Source of the DNA: Deltaproteobacteria bacterium
GTDB lineage: Bacteria; Desulfobacterota; Deferrimicrobia; Deferrimicrobiales; Deferrimicrobiaceae
Direction of reading: 5' to 3'
Length of the DNA stretch: 64,000 nt
Assembly: GCA_020346465.1 (NCBI GenBank)
Contig: CP070783.1
Span: 1,969,402 to 2,033,401 of the forward strand
The notes below the pieces were generated by a model, which saw only the letters and a list, made by a program, of their open reading frames with translations, did not search any database and was not told the DNA's origin. Shown piece by piece: positions 49,012-58,563 of the stretch. The first letter of the stretch is position 1, and each line of letters opens with the position of its first letter. Both the position numbers and the translations under genes were made by a program.

Positions 49012-49568
49012 CGTTTGATCGAATATCGGCACCCGCAGTAGTTCTGCCGGTAGATGCCGAGCCGCTTCGCGGTCTCCACGCTCTTGCGGAACCCGTCCCG
49101 TTTCTTCAGGTCCGCCTCGAGGAAGAAGACGCCGGCCTTCTCCCCCTCCTCGCGGCCGATGCGGTTCACCATCGCGGCATCCTTTTTCGGGCTCACCGTC
49201 AGGACCGTGGAAAACGCCGGAATCCCGAGGGACTTTGCCTCGCTCGCGGTCCGCGCGAGACGCATCCGGATGCACGCCTCGCAGCGCTTTCCCCGCTCCG
49301 GCTCGGCCTCGAGCCCCCGGACCGCCTCCTCCCATTCCTCTTCCCCTCCCCGGGCGACCTCGAGGGGGAACGGAACGGGGCCCGCAAGCTCCCGGGTCGC
49401 GGCAAGCCGCCGGTCGTACTCCTCCCCCGGCTGGATGTTCGGGTTGAAGAAGAACCCGGTGACCCGGGAACGCTCCTGCATCGCCGGGACGCCGTGCGAG
49501 GCGTCGGGCGCGCAGCAGATGTGGAGCAGGACGTGGTCCCCCCCGGGGGGCGGCTCTTTCGGCCTCAT
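48951..49568 (-). CDS. queH: epoxyqueuosine reductase QueH (DUF208)
   Basis: LLHICCAPDAS, FFFNPNIQPGEEY, CEACIRMRL and YRQNYCGCRYS QueH signatures; the last 20 codons run antisense through selC and the ORF stops at TGA = reverse complement of the Sec anticodon. Confidence 0.75.
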   Translation of the reverse strand: MRPKEPPPGGDHVLLHICCAPDASHGVPAMQERSRVTGFFFNPNIQPGEEYDRRLAATRELAGPVPFPLEVARGGEEEWEEAVRGLEAEPERGKRCEACIRMRLARTASEAKSLGIPAFSTVLTVSPKKDAAMVNRIGREEGEKAGVFFLEADLKKRDGFRKSVETAKRLGIYRQNYCGCRYSIKRGGSVRESNPPETLLPPDRI

Positions 49569-49600
49569 CGACGAAACCCCACCTTCCGTTTCCGGTATCT

Positions 49601-49606
49601 TATAAT
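49601..49606 (+). promoter_or_regulatory. TATAAT -10 hexamer in the queH / M50-protease divergent intergenic region
   Basis: GGTATCTTATAATTG about 30 nt upstream of the protease GTG start (RBS AAGAGGAGGG). Confidence 0.3.
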
Positions 49607-49635
49607 TGAACCGGGAGAAAAGAGGAGGGAAACCT

Positions 49636-50451
49636 GTGATCGTCAACGCGGTTCTGTTTGCCCTGACGTTTGTCACGACGCTCTTCGCGGGGTCGTTTCT
49701 CGCCGGCGGGAACCCCCTTGCGTCCCCCCGGGACCTGCTGCTCGGGTTCATGTTCTCCGTTCCCCTCCTGTCCATCCTCGGGGTCCACGAACTGGGCCAT
49801 TACGCGGCGGCCAGGCGGCACGACGTCTCGGTGACCCCTCCGTACTTCATCCCCGCGCCGTCGTTCATCGGGACGTTCGGCGCCTTCATCAAGATCCGGT
49901 CGCCCGTCCCGAACCGGAACGCCCTGATGGACATCGGGGCGGCCGGGCCGATCGCCGGCGCGATCGTCTCCGTCCCCGTCCTCCTCGTCGGCCTCGCCTT
50001 ATCCTCCGTGCGCGATTCCGCCGGGATCGCGGCGGGGATCCCCCTCGGGGAGTCGCTCCTCTTCCGGGCGGCGGCATACGCCGTGCTCGGCCCCGTCCCC
50101 GACGGGTACGACGTGGTCCTGCACCCCGTGGCGTTCGCCGGGTGGATCGGTCTGCTCGTGACGGCCCTGAACCTGCTCCCTTCGGGGCAGCTCGACGGCG
50201 GCCACATCGCCTACGCGCTGTTCGGCGGCGGCTACACCCGGGTTGCGCGCGCCGTCCCGTTCCTCCTTCTCCCTCTCGGGCTCCTCTGGGGGGGGTGGAT
50301 CATCTGGTCCTTCCTGCTGCTGATTCTGGGGACGAAGCACCCGCGGTCCCTCTACGACGAGGTCCCCCTGACCCCCGGCAGGAAACGGATCGGCATCGCG
50401 GCGGCCGTCCTGTTCCTGCTCTGCTTCACCCCCAATCCGGTACCGATCTAG
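49636..50451 (+). CDS. site-2 protease family (M50) membrane metalloprotease
   Basis: HELGHY zinc motif and NLLPSGQLDGGH second motif; GTG start with AAGAGGAGGG RBS. Confidence 0.8.
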   Translation: MIVNAVLFALTFVTTLFAGSFLAGGNPLASPRDLLLGFMFSVPLLSILGVHELGHYAAARRHDVSVTPPYFIPAPSFIGTFGAFIKIRSPVPNRNALMDIGAAGPIAGAIVSVPVLLVGLALSSVRDSAGIAAGIPLGESLLFRAAAYAVLGPVPDGYDVVLHPVAFAGWIGLLVTALNLLPSGQLDGGHIAYALFGGGYTRVARAVPFLLLPLGLLWGGWIIWSFLLLILGTKHPRSLYDEVPLTPGRKRIGIAAAVLFLLCFTPNPVPI

Positions 50452-50574
50452 GGGGGGGCGGTCATCCGCGATCTTCTCTCCCTGCGCCCCTACCTCGGCC
50501 GCCACCGGTCGGCGTATTTTTGGTGCGCCGCCGTTCTGCTCGTATCCAGCCTCTTCGGCCTTCTCGTCCCGTGG

Positions 50575-52212
50575 ATGATCCGGGAGGCGATCGACGGGAT
50601 CTCCGCGCCGGACGGGAGGGGGCGGGTCGTCCGGGCCGTCTCCTGGATGGTCCTGTTCGCCTTCCTTCACGGGGGGTTCCGGTATTTCGGCCGGAGGGGG
50701 ATGCTCGTCACGGCCCGCCGGGTGGAGATGCGCCTCCGCCGGGATCTCTTCGCCCACGTGATCCGCCTTCCCCTCTCCTTCTTCGGCAGGACGCCCACCG
50801 GGGACGTCATGTCCCGGATGACGAACGACATCTCGGCGGTCTGGCTGCTGCTCGGCCCCGGCGTGCTCACCCTCGTCGGAACGGCGATCACCTACATCCT
50901 CGGCCTCCTCTTCATGGCCCGGATCAGCGTCGCGCTGACGCTCGTCGCTCTCGCGGTGGCGCCCGTGATCGTGGTCGCGTCGCGGGAGTACGGGAAGGCG
51001 TTCCACCGCACCCACCGGAAGGCCCAGGAGTCCCTCGCCGCGATGAACGCCGCGATCCAGGAGAACGTCGCCGGCATCCGGCTGGTCAAGGCCTACGGGC
51101 TCGAGGCGCAGGAGGAGGGAAGGTTCCGCGCCGCCAGCCGGGACTACTACCGGCAGAACGTCTCCGTCGCGAGGACCTCCGCGGCCTTCCACGGGGCGAT
51201 CGGCCTCCTGGCGGGGCTGGGAGTGACGCTCGTCCTCCTGTTGGGGGGGTGGCTCGTGATCCGGGGGAGGCTGACGCTGGGAGGCTTCGTCGCCTTCAAC
51301 GCCTATCTCGCGATGCTCTCCTTCCCGACGATGGCGCTCGGCTGGGTGATCAACCTCGTCCAGCGGGGCGGCAGCGCGATGGGGCGGATCAACGAGTTCC
51401 TGGAGACCCCCGCCGAGCCGCGGGAGCCGCTCCTGGTGCCGCCGCGGAAGGTCCCGGACGCCCCGTTCCTCGAGGTCCGGGATCTCTCGTTCGGCTACGG
51501 AGGGGGGGACCGGGGCGAGGCGCTCCGGGGGGTCTCCTTCTCCCTCCGGAAGGGGGAGATCGCGGGCCTCGTGGGGCAGACGGGGAGCGGGAAGAGCACC
51601 CTCTTCTCCCTGCTGCTGCGGCTGTATCCGGTCCCGCCGGGGACGGTCTTCCTCGAGGGGAGGGATGCCGGCGGACTCCCGCTGGAGGAGGTCCGGCGCA
51701 CGGTGAGCCTCGTGGGCCAGGACCCGTTCCTCTTCTCCGACACGATCCTGGCGAACGTCTGTTTCGGGCGGGACCTCCCGGACGAGCAGGAAGCCCGCCG
51801 CGCCGTCTCCATGGCCCGGTTCCTGGCGGAGGTCGAGGAGATGCCGGACGGCATGCGCACGGTGATCGGGGAGAGGGGGGTCTCGCTGTCCGGCGGGCAG
51901 AAGCAGAGGGCGACGATCGCCCGGGCTCTCTGCGCGGGAGGGGAGCTTCTCCTTCTCGACGACGCCCTCTCCGCGGTCGACTCGGAGACGGAGCAGGAGA
52001 TCTTCCGGCAGATCCTCTCCGCCCGCGGCGGCAGGACGGTCCTGTTCAGCACGCACCGGATGGCGTCCCTGTCCCGGTGCGACAGGATCCTGGTCCTGGT
52101 GGAAGGAAGGATCGTGGAGGAGGGGACGCACGACGAGCTGCTCTCCCGCAGGGGGGCGTATTTCGACCTCTATTCCCGGCAGATGATCGCCCGGGAGCTG
52201 GAGGCGACGTGA
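50575..52212 (+). CDS. ABC exporter, fused permease/ATPase subunit 1 of a heterodimeric pair (N-terminus probably extends upstream to about 50464)
   Basis: TMD plus NBD: Walker A GQTGSGKST, signature LSGGQKQR, Walker B LLLLDDALSAVD, H-loop. The first ATG (50575) lies after TM1; the upstream in-frame sequence VIRDLLSLRPYLGRHRSAYFWCAAVLLVSSLFGLLVPW encodes the canonical N-terminus and TM1 but has no ATG/GTG/TTG. Confidence 0.8.
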   Translation: MIREAIDGISAPDGRGRVVRAVSWMVLFAFLHGGFRYFGRRGMLVTARRVEMRLRRDLFAHVIRLPLSFFGRTPTGDVMSRMTNDISAVWLLLGPGVLTLVGTAITYILGLLFMARISVALTLVALAVAPVIVVASREYGKAFHRTHRKAQESLAAMNAAIQENVAGIRLVKAYGLEAQEEGRFRAASRDYYRQNVSVARTSAAFHGAIGLLAGLGVTLVLLLGGWLVIRGRLTLGGFVAFNAYLAMLSFPTMALGWVINLVQRGGSAMGRINEFLETPAEPREPLLVPPRKVPDAPFLEVRDLSFGYGGGDRGEALRGVSFSLRKGEIAGLVGQTGSGKSTLFSLLLRLYPVPPGTVFLEGRDAGGLPLEEVRRTVSLVGQDPFLFSDTILANVCFGRDLPDEQEARRAVSMARFLAEVEEMPDGMRTVIGERGVSLSGGQKQRATIARALCAGGELLLLDDALSAVDSETEQEIFRQILSARGGRTVLFSTHRMASLSRCDRILVLVEGRIVEEGTHDELLSRRGAYFDLYSRQMIARELEAT

Positions 52213-54041
52213 GCAACGGGGCGGAGTTCTACTTCACCGAGGACCGGGTGGAGACCCGGGGGATGGACGTGAGGCTCCTGCGCCGCCTCCTTTCGTACCT
52301 GTCCCCCCACAGGGGGCTCCTCGCGGCGGCCCTCGGGGCCCTGGTGCTCGGCACGGCCTGCCAGCTGGCCGGGCCCTACATCATCAAGCTGGTCATCGAC
52401 CGGAACATCACCCCCCGCGTTCTCGACGGGCTCGCCGGGCGGGTCGCCCTCTTCCTCGCGGCGCTCGCCGGCGGGATGGGGTTCCTCTACCTCCAGATGT
52501 TCGCGGTGTCCATCATCGGGCAGAGGGTCATCCTCCAGATCCGCGCCGAGATGTTCGGCAGGCTCCAGCGCCTCCCGGTCTCCTTCTTCGACCGCACCCC
52601 CACGGGCCGGGTGATGACACGCCTCACGTCGGACGTGGAGGCGCTCCAGGAGCTGATCTCCTCGGGGCTGGTCTCCACCGTCGGTTCCGTGACGATCCTG
52701 GTCGGGATCGCCGCGGTCCTGTTCTGGATGGACGCCCGGCTGACCATCGTCACCTTCGCCGTCCTCCCGTTCCTCGTCCTGTTCGTCGAGCTGCTGAAGA
52801 AGTTCATCCGGGAGGCGAACCGGGAGATGAGACGGAAGCTCGCCCGGCTCAACGCGTTTCTCCAGGAGCACGTGACCGGCGTGGACGTCGTGAAGGCCTT
52901 CGTCCAGGAGGAGAAATCGGGCCGGGAATTCGACGTCCACAACGACGCATACTCCGCGGAGAGCATCCGCCTGACGAACTTCTACTCCGTGTACTTCCCC
53001 GGCGTGGAGCTGTTCGCGTCCGTCGCGGTGGGCCTCCTTCTCTGGCAGGGGGGGGTCCGGGTGATCGCCGGGGCCGTCACCTTCGGGACCCTGGTGGCCT
53101 TCCTCGAGTACGCCCAGAAGTTCTTCGCCCCCATCAAGGACGTCAGCGACAAGTACAACATCCTCCAGTCGGCCCTCGCCTCGAGCGAACGGATCTTCCA
53201 GATCCTCGACACGGAGGTCTCCCCGGAATACCGGCCGCTTCCCTCCGGCGGGAAGAGCCCTCCCCGCCCGGCGGAGGAGCGGGGCAGGGAACGCGCGGCG
53301 CGGCTTCCCCCGCCTGCGATCGAGTTCCGGGACGTCTGGTTCTCCTACCCGAAGGGGGACGGGGGACAGGGGGAGACGGTCCTCCGGGGCGTCTCCTTCA
53401 CGCTCCACGAGGGCGAGACGGGGGCGATCGTGGGCGCCACCGGCGCGGGGAAGACGACGGTCCTCAACCTGCTCTGCCGCTTCTACGAGATCTCCCGGGG
53501 CGAGATCCGGCTCTTCGGAAGGGACGTGCGGGAGATCCCCCGGGAGGAGCTGCGCGGGATGATCTCGCTCGTCCTCCAGGACCCGTTTCTCTTCTCCGGC
53601 ACGATCCGGGAGAACGTGGAGGCGGGCGGGGCGGAGCCCGGCCGGGCCCTGGAGGTGTCAGGCGTGTCGCGGTTCGCCGGGGCCTGGGAGAGCGGCCTTG
53701 CCACGCAGGTGGGGGAGCGGGGCGGGAGGCTTTCCGTCGGCCAGCGGCAGCTCGTGTCGTTCGCGCGGGCGCTGGCCCGGGACCCGGAGGTCCTCGTCCT
53801 GGACGAGGCGACCTCCAGCGTGGACCCGGTCACCGAGCACGAGGTCCAGGCGGCCCTCGGGAAGATCCTGACCGGAAGAACGTCCCTGGTGGTCGCCCAC
53901 CGCCTCTCCACCATCCTCTCGGCCGACCGGATCCTCGTGATGCACCGGGGGAAGGTCCGGGAGACCGGGACCCACCGGGAGCTCCTGGCGGCCCGCGGGA
54001 TCTACCACAGGCTCTACACCCTCCAGTTCGAAACGCCGTAA
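52209..54041 (+). CDS. ABC exporter, fused permease/ATPase subunit 2 of a heterodimeric pair
   Basis: Walker A GATGAGKTT, signature LSVGQRQL, Walker B VLVLDEATSSVD; GTG overlaps the subunit-1 stop (GTGA). Confidence 0.8.
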   Translation: MSNGAEFYFTEDRVETRGMDVRLLRRLLSYLSPHRGLLAAALGALVLGTACQLAGPYIIKLVIDRNITPRVLDGLAGRVALFLAALAGGMGFLYLQMFAVSIIGQRVILQIRAEMFGRLQRLPVSFFDRTPTGRVMTRLTSDVEALQELISSGLVSTVGSVTILVGIAAVLFWMDARLTIVTFAVLPFLVLFVELLKKFIREANREMRRKLARLNAFLQEHVTGVDVVKAFVQEEKSGREFDVHNDAYSAESIRLTNFYSVYFPGVELFASVAVGLLLWQGGVRVIAGAVTFGTLVAFLEYAQKFFAPIKDVSDKYNILQSALASSERIFQILDTEVSPEYRPLPSGGKSPPRPAEERGRERAARLPPPAIEFRDVWFSYPKGDGGQGETVLRGVSFTLHEGETGAIVGATGAGKTTVLNLLCRFYEISRGEIRLFGRDVREIPREELRGMISLVLQDPFLFSGTIRENVEAGGAEPGRALEVSGVSRFAGAWESGLATQVGERGGRLSVGQRQLVSFARALARDPEVLVLDEATSSVDPVTEHEVQAALGKILTGRTSLVVAHRLSTILSADRILVMHRGKVRETGTHRELLAARGIYHRLYTLQFETP

Positions 54042-54161
54042 CTTTCAAAAACGGGGACGTTCTTAAACTTTTTCATCCCGAACAACCTCTCCGGAATATG
54101 TGTACCTCCGACCGTCTCTGTATTACGATATTCTCTTTACCATTCCCCGGAGGCGGCGTGC

Positions 54162-55058
54162 ATGGCTCAGCAGGCGGTTGTCGAGACGAATCTTCCCGGC
54201 CTGTCCCTGATCGGACGGGGCAAGGTGAGGGACATCTACGAGGTGAACGGCAAGCTGCTGCTGGTGGCGTCCGACCGGCTCTCCGCGTTCGACGTGGTGA
54301 TGCCGGACGGGATCCCCGACAAGGGGAAGGTGCTCACCCAGATCTCCGCGTTCTGGTTCCAGAAGCTCGCGGACATCGTTCCCAACCACATGATCTCGGT
54401 CGACGTGATGGACTATCCGATCGCGACGAGAGAGCACGAGGAGACGATCGCGGGGCGCTCGATGCTCTGCCGGAAGGCCCGGCCGCTTCCCGTCGAGTGC
54501 GTCGTCCGCGGGTACCTGGCCGGCTCCGGATGGGCGGAATACCGCGAGCGGGGAGAGGTCTGCGGGATCCCGGTCCCCGGCGGGCTGACCGAATCGGCCA
54601 GGCTCCCGGAGCCGATCTTCACCCCCGCCACCAAGGAGGAGAAGGGGAAGCACGACGTGAACATCCCGTTCGCGAAGATGGTCGAGATCGTCGGGAAGGA
54701 GACGGCCGAGAGGATGCGGGCTTTCTCGCTGGAGATCTACCGGCGGGCGGCCGATTACGCCCGCGGGAGGGGGATCATCATCGCCGACACCAAGTTCGAG
54801 TTCGGGGTGGAGGAGGGGAAGCTTCTCCTCATCGACGAGGTGCTCACGCCCGACTCCTCGCGGTTCTGGCCCTCGGAGGGCTATTCCCCCGGGGGGGCGC
54901 AGAAGAGCTTCGACAAGCAGTTCGTCCGCGACTACCTCCTGACGCTTCCGTGGAACAAGACCGCGCCCGGCCCGAAGCTTCCCCCCGACGTGATCGGGAA
55001 GACGGCGGAGAAGTACCGGGAGGCGCTGAAGATCCTGACCGGCAGGGATATCGCGTAA
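54162..55058 (+). CDS. purC: phosphoribosylaminoimidazole-succinocarboxamide synthase (SAICAR synthetase)
   Basis: GKVRDIY...[13 protein letters not shown] and [10 protein letters not shown] motifs of long-form PurC. Confidence 0.9.
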   Translation: MAQQAVVETNLPGLSLIGRGKVRDIYEVNGKLLLVASDRLSAFDVVMPDGIPDKGKVLTQISAFWFQKLADIVPNHMISVDVMDYPIATREHEETIAGRSMLCRKARPLPVECVVRGYLAGSGWAEYRERGEVCGIPVPGGLTESARLPEPIFTPATKEEKGKHDVNIPFAKMVEIVGKETAERMRAFSLEIYRRAADYARGRGIIIADTKFEFGVEEGKLLLIDEVLTPDSSRFWPSEGYSPGGAQKSFDKQFVRDYLLTLPWNKTAPGPKLPPDVIGKTAEKYREALKILTGRDIA

Positions 55059-55059
55059 G

Positions 55060-56505
55060 GTGAGCCCGCCCGTCTTCCGCAAGATCTTCATCGCCAACCG
55101 GGGGGAGATCGCCTGCCGCGCGGTCCGCCCCTGCCGGGAGCTCGGCATCCGGTCCGTCGTGGGGTACTCGGACTGCGACGAGCTCTCCCTCCACGTGAAG
55201 CTGGCCGACGAGGCGGTCCGCCTCGGGCCCTCCCCGGCCAGCATGAGCTACCTCGACATCGACGCGGTCCTTCGCGCCGCCCGGGACTCCGGGTGCGACG
55301 CCGTCTTCCCCGGCTACGGGTTCCTCGCGGAAAACCCGGATTTCGCCGAGGCGGTCGAGCGGGAGGGGATGGTCTTCATCGGGCCCCCCGCGCGGGTGAT
55401 GCGGATCCTGGGGGACAAGATCGCCGCGCGAAGGGCCCTCTCCGCCTCCGGGGTCCCCGTGACGCCGGGCCTCGAGGACGTGGAGAACGCGGAGCAGATC
55501 GTCGCGTTCGGGAAGCGCGTCGGCTGGCCGCTGATCATCAAGGCGACCGCCGGCGGCGGGGGGAAGGGAATGCGGAAGGTCTCCTCCCCGCACGAGGTGG
55601 AGGAGGGCCTCCAGGCGGCGCGCTCCGTGGCGGAGAAGGCCTTCGGGAAGGCGTCGGTGTACGTGGAGAAGTTCATCGAGGGGGCGCGGCACATCGAGTT
55701 CCAGTTCCTGGCCGACCGGCACGGGAACGTCATCCACCTGGGCGAGCGGGAGTGCTCCATCCAGCGGCAGCACCAGAAGCTCGTGGAGGAGGCGCCGAGC
55801 TCGCTCCTGACGCCGGAGGTCCGCAAGCGGATGGGGGCGGTCGTGGTCCGGGCCATGAAGGAGGTGGGATACGAGACCGCGGGAACGCTCGAGTTCCTCG
55901 TCGACCGGAAGGGGAAGTTTTTCGCGCTGGAGGTCAACACCCGGATCCAGGTCGAGCACACCGTGACGGAAATGATCAGCGGGTTCGACATCATCCGCAA
56001 GATGTTCAAGATCGCCGGAGGGGAAAGGCTGTCGCTCACCCAGGGGGACGTCCTCCTCCGGGGGCACGCCATCCAGTGCCGGATCAACGCGGAGGATCCG
56101 AAGCACGGCTTCGCCCCCTCCTTCGGGCGCATCACCTTCCTGCGGCAGATCAGCGGCCCCTTCGTGCGGACGGAGTCGGGCATCTACCAGGGGTGGCAGG
56201 TCCCGCCGTATTACGACTCCCTCCTCTCCAAGATCTGCGCCGTGGGCAAGGACCGGGACACCGCCATCGAGCGGATGCGGCGGGCCCTCCGGGAGTTCGA
56301 GATCTGGGGGGTCAAGACCACGGTCCGGCTCCTGAAGGAGATCTTAAGCCACCCGGACTTCGTCTCGGGGGACATCCACACGGGGTTCATCGAGGAGAAC
56401 ATCGCGCATCTGACCGAGTACGAGGACCTGGAGGAGGAGATCTTCAAGGTGGCCAAATTCGTCGCCGAGGTCTCCGCCCTCGGGGGCAACGTGCACGGCG
56501 CGTAG
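55060..56505 (+). CDS. pycA: biotin carboxylase subunit (two-subunit pyruvate carboxylase A / AccC-like)
   Basis: IFIANRGEIACR, GGGGKGMR and EVNTRIQVEHTVTE ATP-grasp biotin carboxylase motifs; followed by a carboxyltransferase+BCCP gene, so PycA is preferred over AccC. Confidence 0.75.
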   Translation: MSPPVFRKIFIANRGEIACRAVRPCRELGIRSVVGYSDCDELSLHVKLADEAVRLGPSPASMSYLDIDAVLRAARDSGCDAVFPGYGFLAENPDFAEAVEREGMVFIGPPARVMRILGDKIAARRALSASGVPVTPGLEDVENAEQIVAFGKRVGWPLIIKATAGGGGKGMRKVSSPHEVEEGLQAARSVAEKAFGKASVYVEKFIEGARHIEFQFLADRHGNVIHLGERECSIQRQHQKLVEEAPSSLLTPEVRKRMGAVVVRAMKEVGYETAGTLEFLVDRKGKFFALEVNTRIQVEHTVTEMISGFDIIRKMFKIAGGERLSLTQGDVLLRGHAIQCRINAEDPKHGFAPSFGRITFLRQISGPFVRTESGIYQGWQVPPYYDSLLSKICAVGKDRDTAIERMRRALREFEIWGVKTTVRLLKEILSHPDFVSGDIHTGFIEENIAHLTEYEDLEEEIFKVAKFVAEVSALGGNVHGA

Positions 56506-56514
56506 GGGTGACGG

Positions 56515-58548
56515 ATGCGGGGGGGACTGCGCGGGAAGTCCGCGAAACGAATCGTCAAGGCGATCCGCGACAGCGGGGAGATCTGGCTCACGAACACGGG
56601 GCCCCGGGACACCTCCCAGAGCGACTACAAGAACCGGTTCACCCTCCACGACATGTCCCGGCTGATCCCCGTCTACAACGAGAGCGGATACTTCTCCGTG
56701 GAGGTACACGGCGGCGCCCGCCTGCACCAGAACATGCTCAACAACAAGATCGACCCGTTCCGCGAGGTGCAACTGTGGGCGTCGGGGTCGTCCCGCGTTT
56801 TGATCCAGACCCTCATCCGGGCGACGAACGTGTGGGGGTACCGGATGTACCCGCGCAACGTCGTGAAGCTCGCCGTGCGGTCCTTCCTCGAGACGGTCGA
56901 CGTGTGGCGCTGCTTCGACTTCCTCAACTACGTGCCGAACATGGCGCCGGTCGCGGAGGAGGTGCTCAAAGGGGGGAGGATCTTCCAGCCCGCCATCTCC
57001 TTCAACGAGTCGCCCGACTGCTCCGACGCGTACTTCCTCCGGGTGGTCAAGGAGATCGTTGCCCTGTGCGGGGGGACCGACGGCATCATCCTGTGCGTCA
57101 AGGACATGGCGGGGCTGGGCAGCCCCGACCGGATCCGGCGGCTGATCGACGCGATCCTGCAGAAGCACCCGGACCTCCTCATCCTCTACCACCGGCACGC
57201 GACCGACGGGCTCGTGATCCCCGCCATGGCCGCCGCCGCGCAGGCGGGGGCGCGGCTGTTCGACGTGACCGATGACGCCTTCTCCCGCTTCTACGGGCAT
57301 CCGCCGGTCCGCCCCCTGGTGCGGTACCTGCGCGAGCTCGGCTTCTCCGTCCGCCTCGACATGGAGAAGGCGGGCGAGGCGACCGACATCATCCGGGGGT
57401 TCATCCGGGGCTACGAGATGTACGAGTCCCCGTACAAGGGGTTCTCCCACGACGTCGTGACGCACCGGATGCCGGGAGGCGCCTTTCCCTCCTCCTTCGA
57501 GCAGGCCGAAAAGGGCGGCTTCCTGGACCTCATGCCCGACATCCTTAAGGGGATGGCCTACGGCAACCGGATCATCAAGTACTTCGACGTGACCCCCGGG
57601 TCCCAGATCACGTGGACGACCTGGGCCGGCATCGTCCAGCGCGTGCAGAAGGAAGGCGGGGAATCCGGCGTGCGGAAGCTCTTCCAGGCCCTCGAGAAAT
57701 ACTTCCAGGCGGGGGAGCGGATGGAGGCGCTTTCGCCGGCGGAGGAGAGCATCCTCCTGGGCCTGTATGCGAGAGCGACCGACGACCTGAAGAATCTCCT
57801 GCTGGGCAAGCTGGGCCCCCTGCCGTTCGGCTGGCCGAAGGACTGGGTGTACCGGAGTGCCTTCGGGGAGGAATGGCGGGAGCGGGTCGCGGCCGATCGT
57901 CTCGAATCCTCCCCGCTTTCCCATCTGCCGGAGGAGGATCTCGGCAGGGCCCGGGAAACGATGGAGGCGGAGCTGGGCCGACCGCCGACGGACGAGGAGT
58001 TTGTCCTGTACCTCATGCACCCCAAGGCGGCGACCGATTTCCTGAAGTTCCGGCAGATGTACGGGGATACGACCGTTCTTCCGACCGCGGTCTGGTTTTA
58101 CGGCCTGAAAAGCCCCGGAGACTCCGTGCTGGTCACCCTTTCCGGGAAGCCCCACGTCATCTCGCTCGTCTCGATCGGCGAGGGGGTCGGCGGGATCAAG
58201 CAGGTCGTCCTGTCCGTCGACAACATCATGCATGTATTCCCCGTGGAGCTTCCCGGGGCGGCGCACGCGCGCAAGACCGTCCGGAAGGCGAACCCCGCCG
58301 TGAAGGGGGAAGTCGGCTCCTCGATGCGGGGAACGGTCTGGCGGATCGGGACGAAGGACCGCGTCCTGAAGGAGGGGGATCGTCTCCGGAAAGGGGAGGA
58401 GATCATGAACATCGAGGTGATGAAGACGGAGAACGCCGTCAAGTCCCCCGTCGAGGGGGTGATCCGGGAGCTGTGCGTCGCAGTGAACGAGACCGTCGAG
58501 GTGGGGCAGTTGCTTGCGGTAATCGGGCCGGAACCTGATTTACAATAG
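56515..58548 (+). CDS. pycB: carboxyltransferase (5S-type) plus biotinyl-carrier domain subunit (pyruvate carboxylase B / oxaloacetate decarboxylase alpha-like)
   Basis: TIM-barrel pyruvate carboxyltransferase region (TNTGPRDTSQS...HRHATDG) and C-terminal biotinyl domain with the EIMNIEVMKTENAV lysine. Confidence 0.7.
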   Translation: MRGGLRGKSAKRIVKAIRDSGEIWLTNTGPRDTSQSDYKNRFTLHDMSRLIPVYNESGYFSVEVHGGARLHQNMLNNKIDPFREVQLWASGSSRVLIQTLIRATNVWGYRMYPRNVVKLAVRSFLETVDVWRCFDFLNYVPNMAPVAEEVLKGGRIFQPAISFNESPDCSDAYFLRVVKEIVALCGGTDGIILCVKDMAGLGSPDRIRRLIDAILQKHPDLLILYHRHATDGLVIPAMAAAAQAGARLFDVTDDAFSRFYGHPPVRPLVRYLRELGFSVRLDMEKAGEATDIIRGFIRGYEMYESPYKGFSHDVVTHRMPGGAFPSSFEQAEKGGFLDLMPDILKGMAYGNRIIKYFDVTPGSQITWTTWAGIVQRVQKEGGESGVRKLFQALEKYFQAGERMEALSPAEESILLGLYARATDDLKNLLLGKLGPLPFGWPKDWVYRSAFGEEWRERVAADRLESSPLSHLPEEDLGRARETMEAELGRPPTDEEFVLYLMHPKAATDFLKFRQMYGDTTVLPTAVWFYGLKSPGDSVLVTLSGKPHVISLVSIGEGVGGIKQVVLSVDNIMHVFPVELPGAAHARKTVRKANPAVKGEVGSSMRGTVWRIGTKDRVLKEGDRLRKGEEIMNIEVMKTENAVKSPVEGVIRELCVAVNETVEVGQLLAVIGPEPDLQ

Positions 58549-58563
58549 CCCCGGGGAGAGAGA

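Noticed and set aside
48924-54041. 1705-aa plus-strand ORF spanning queH, the M50 protease and both ABC transporter genes
   Set aside because: High-GC read-through artefact; only its last 610 codons (from the GTG at 52209) correspond to a real gene (ABC subunit 2). The upstream part overlaps well-supported genes in other frames or on the other strand
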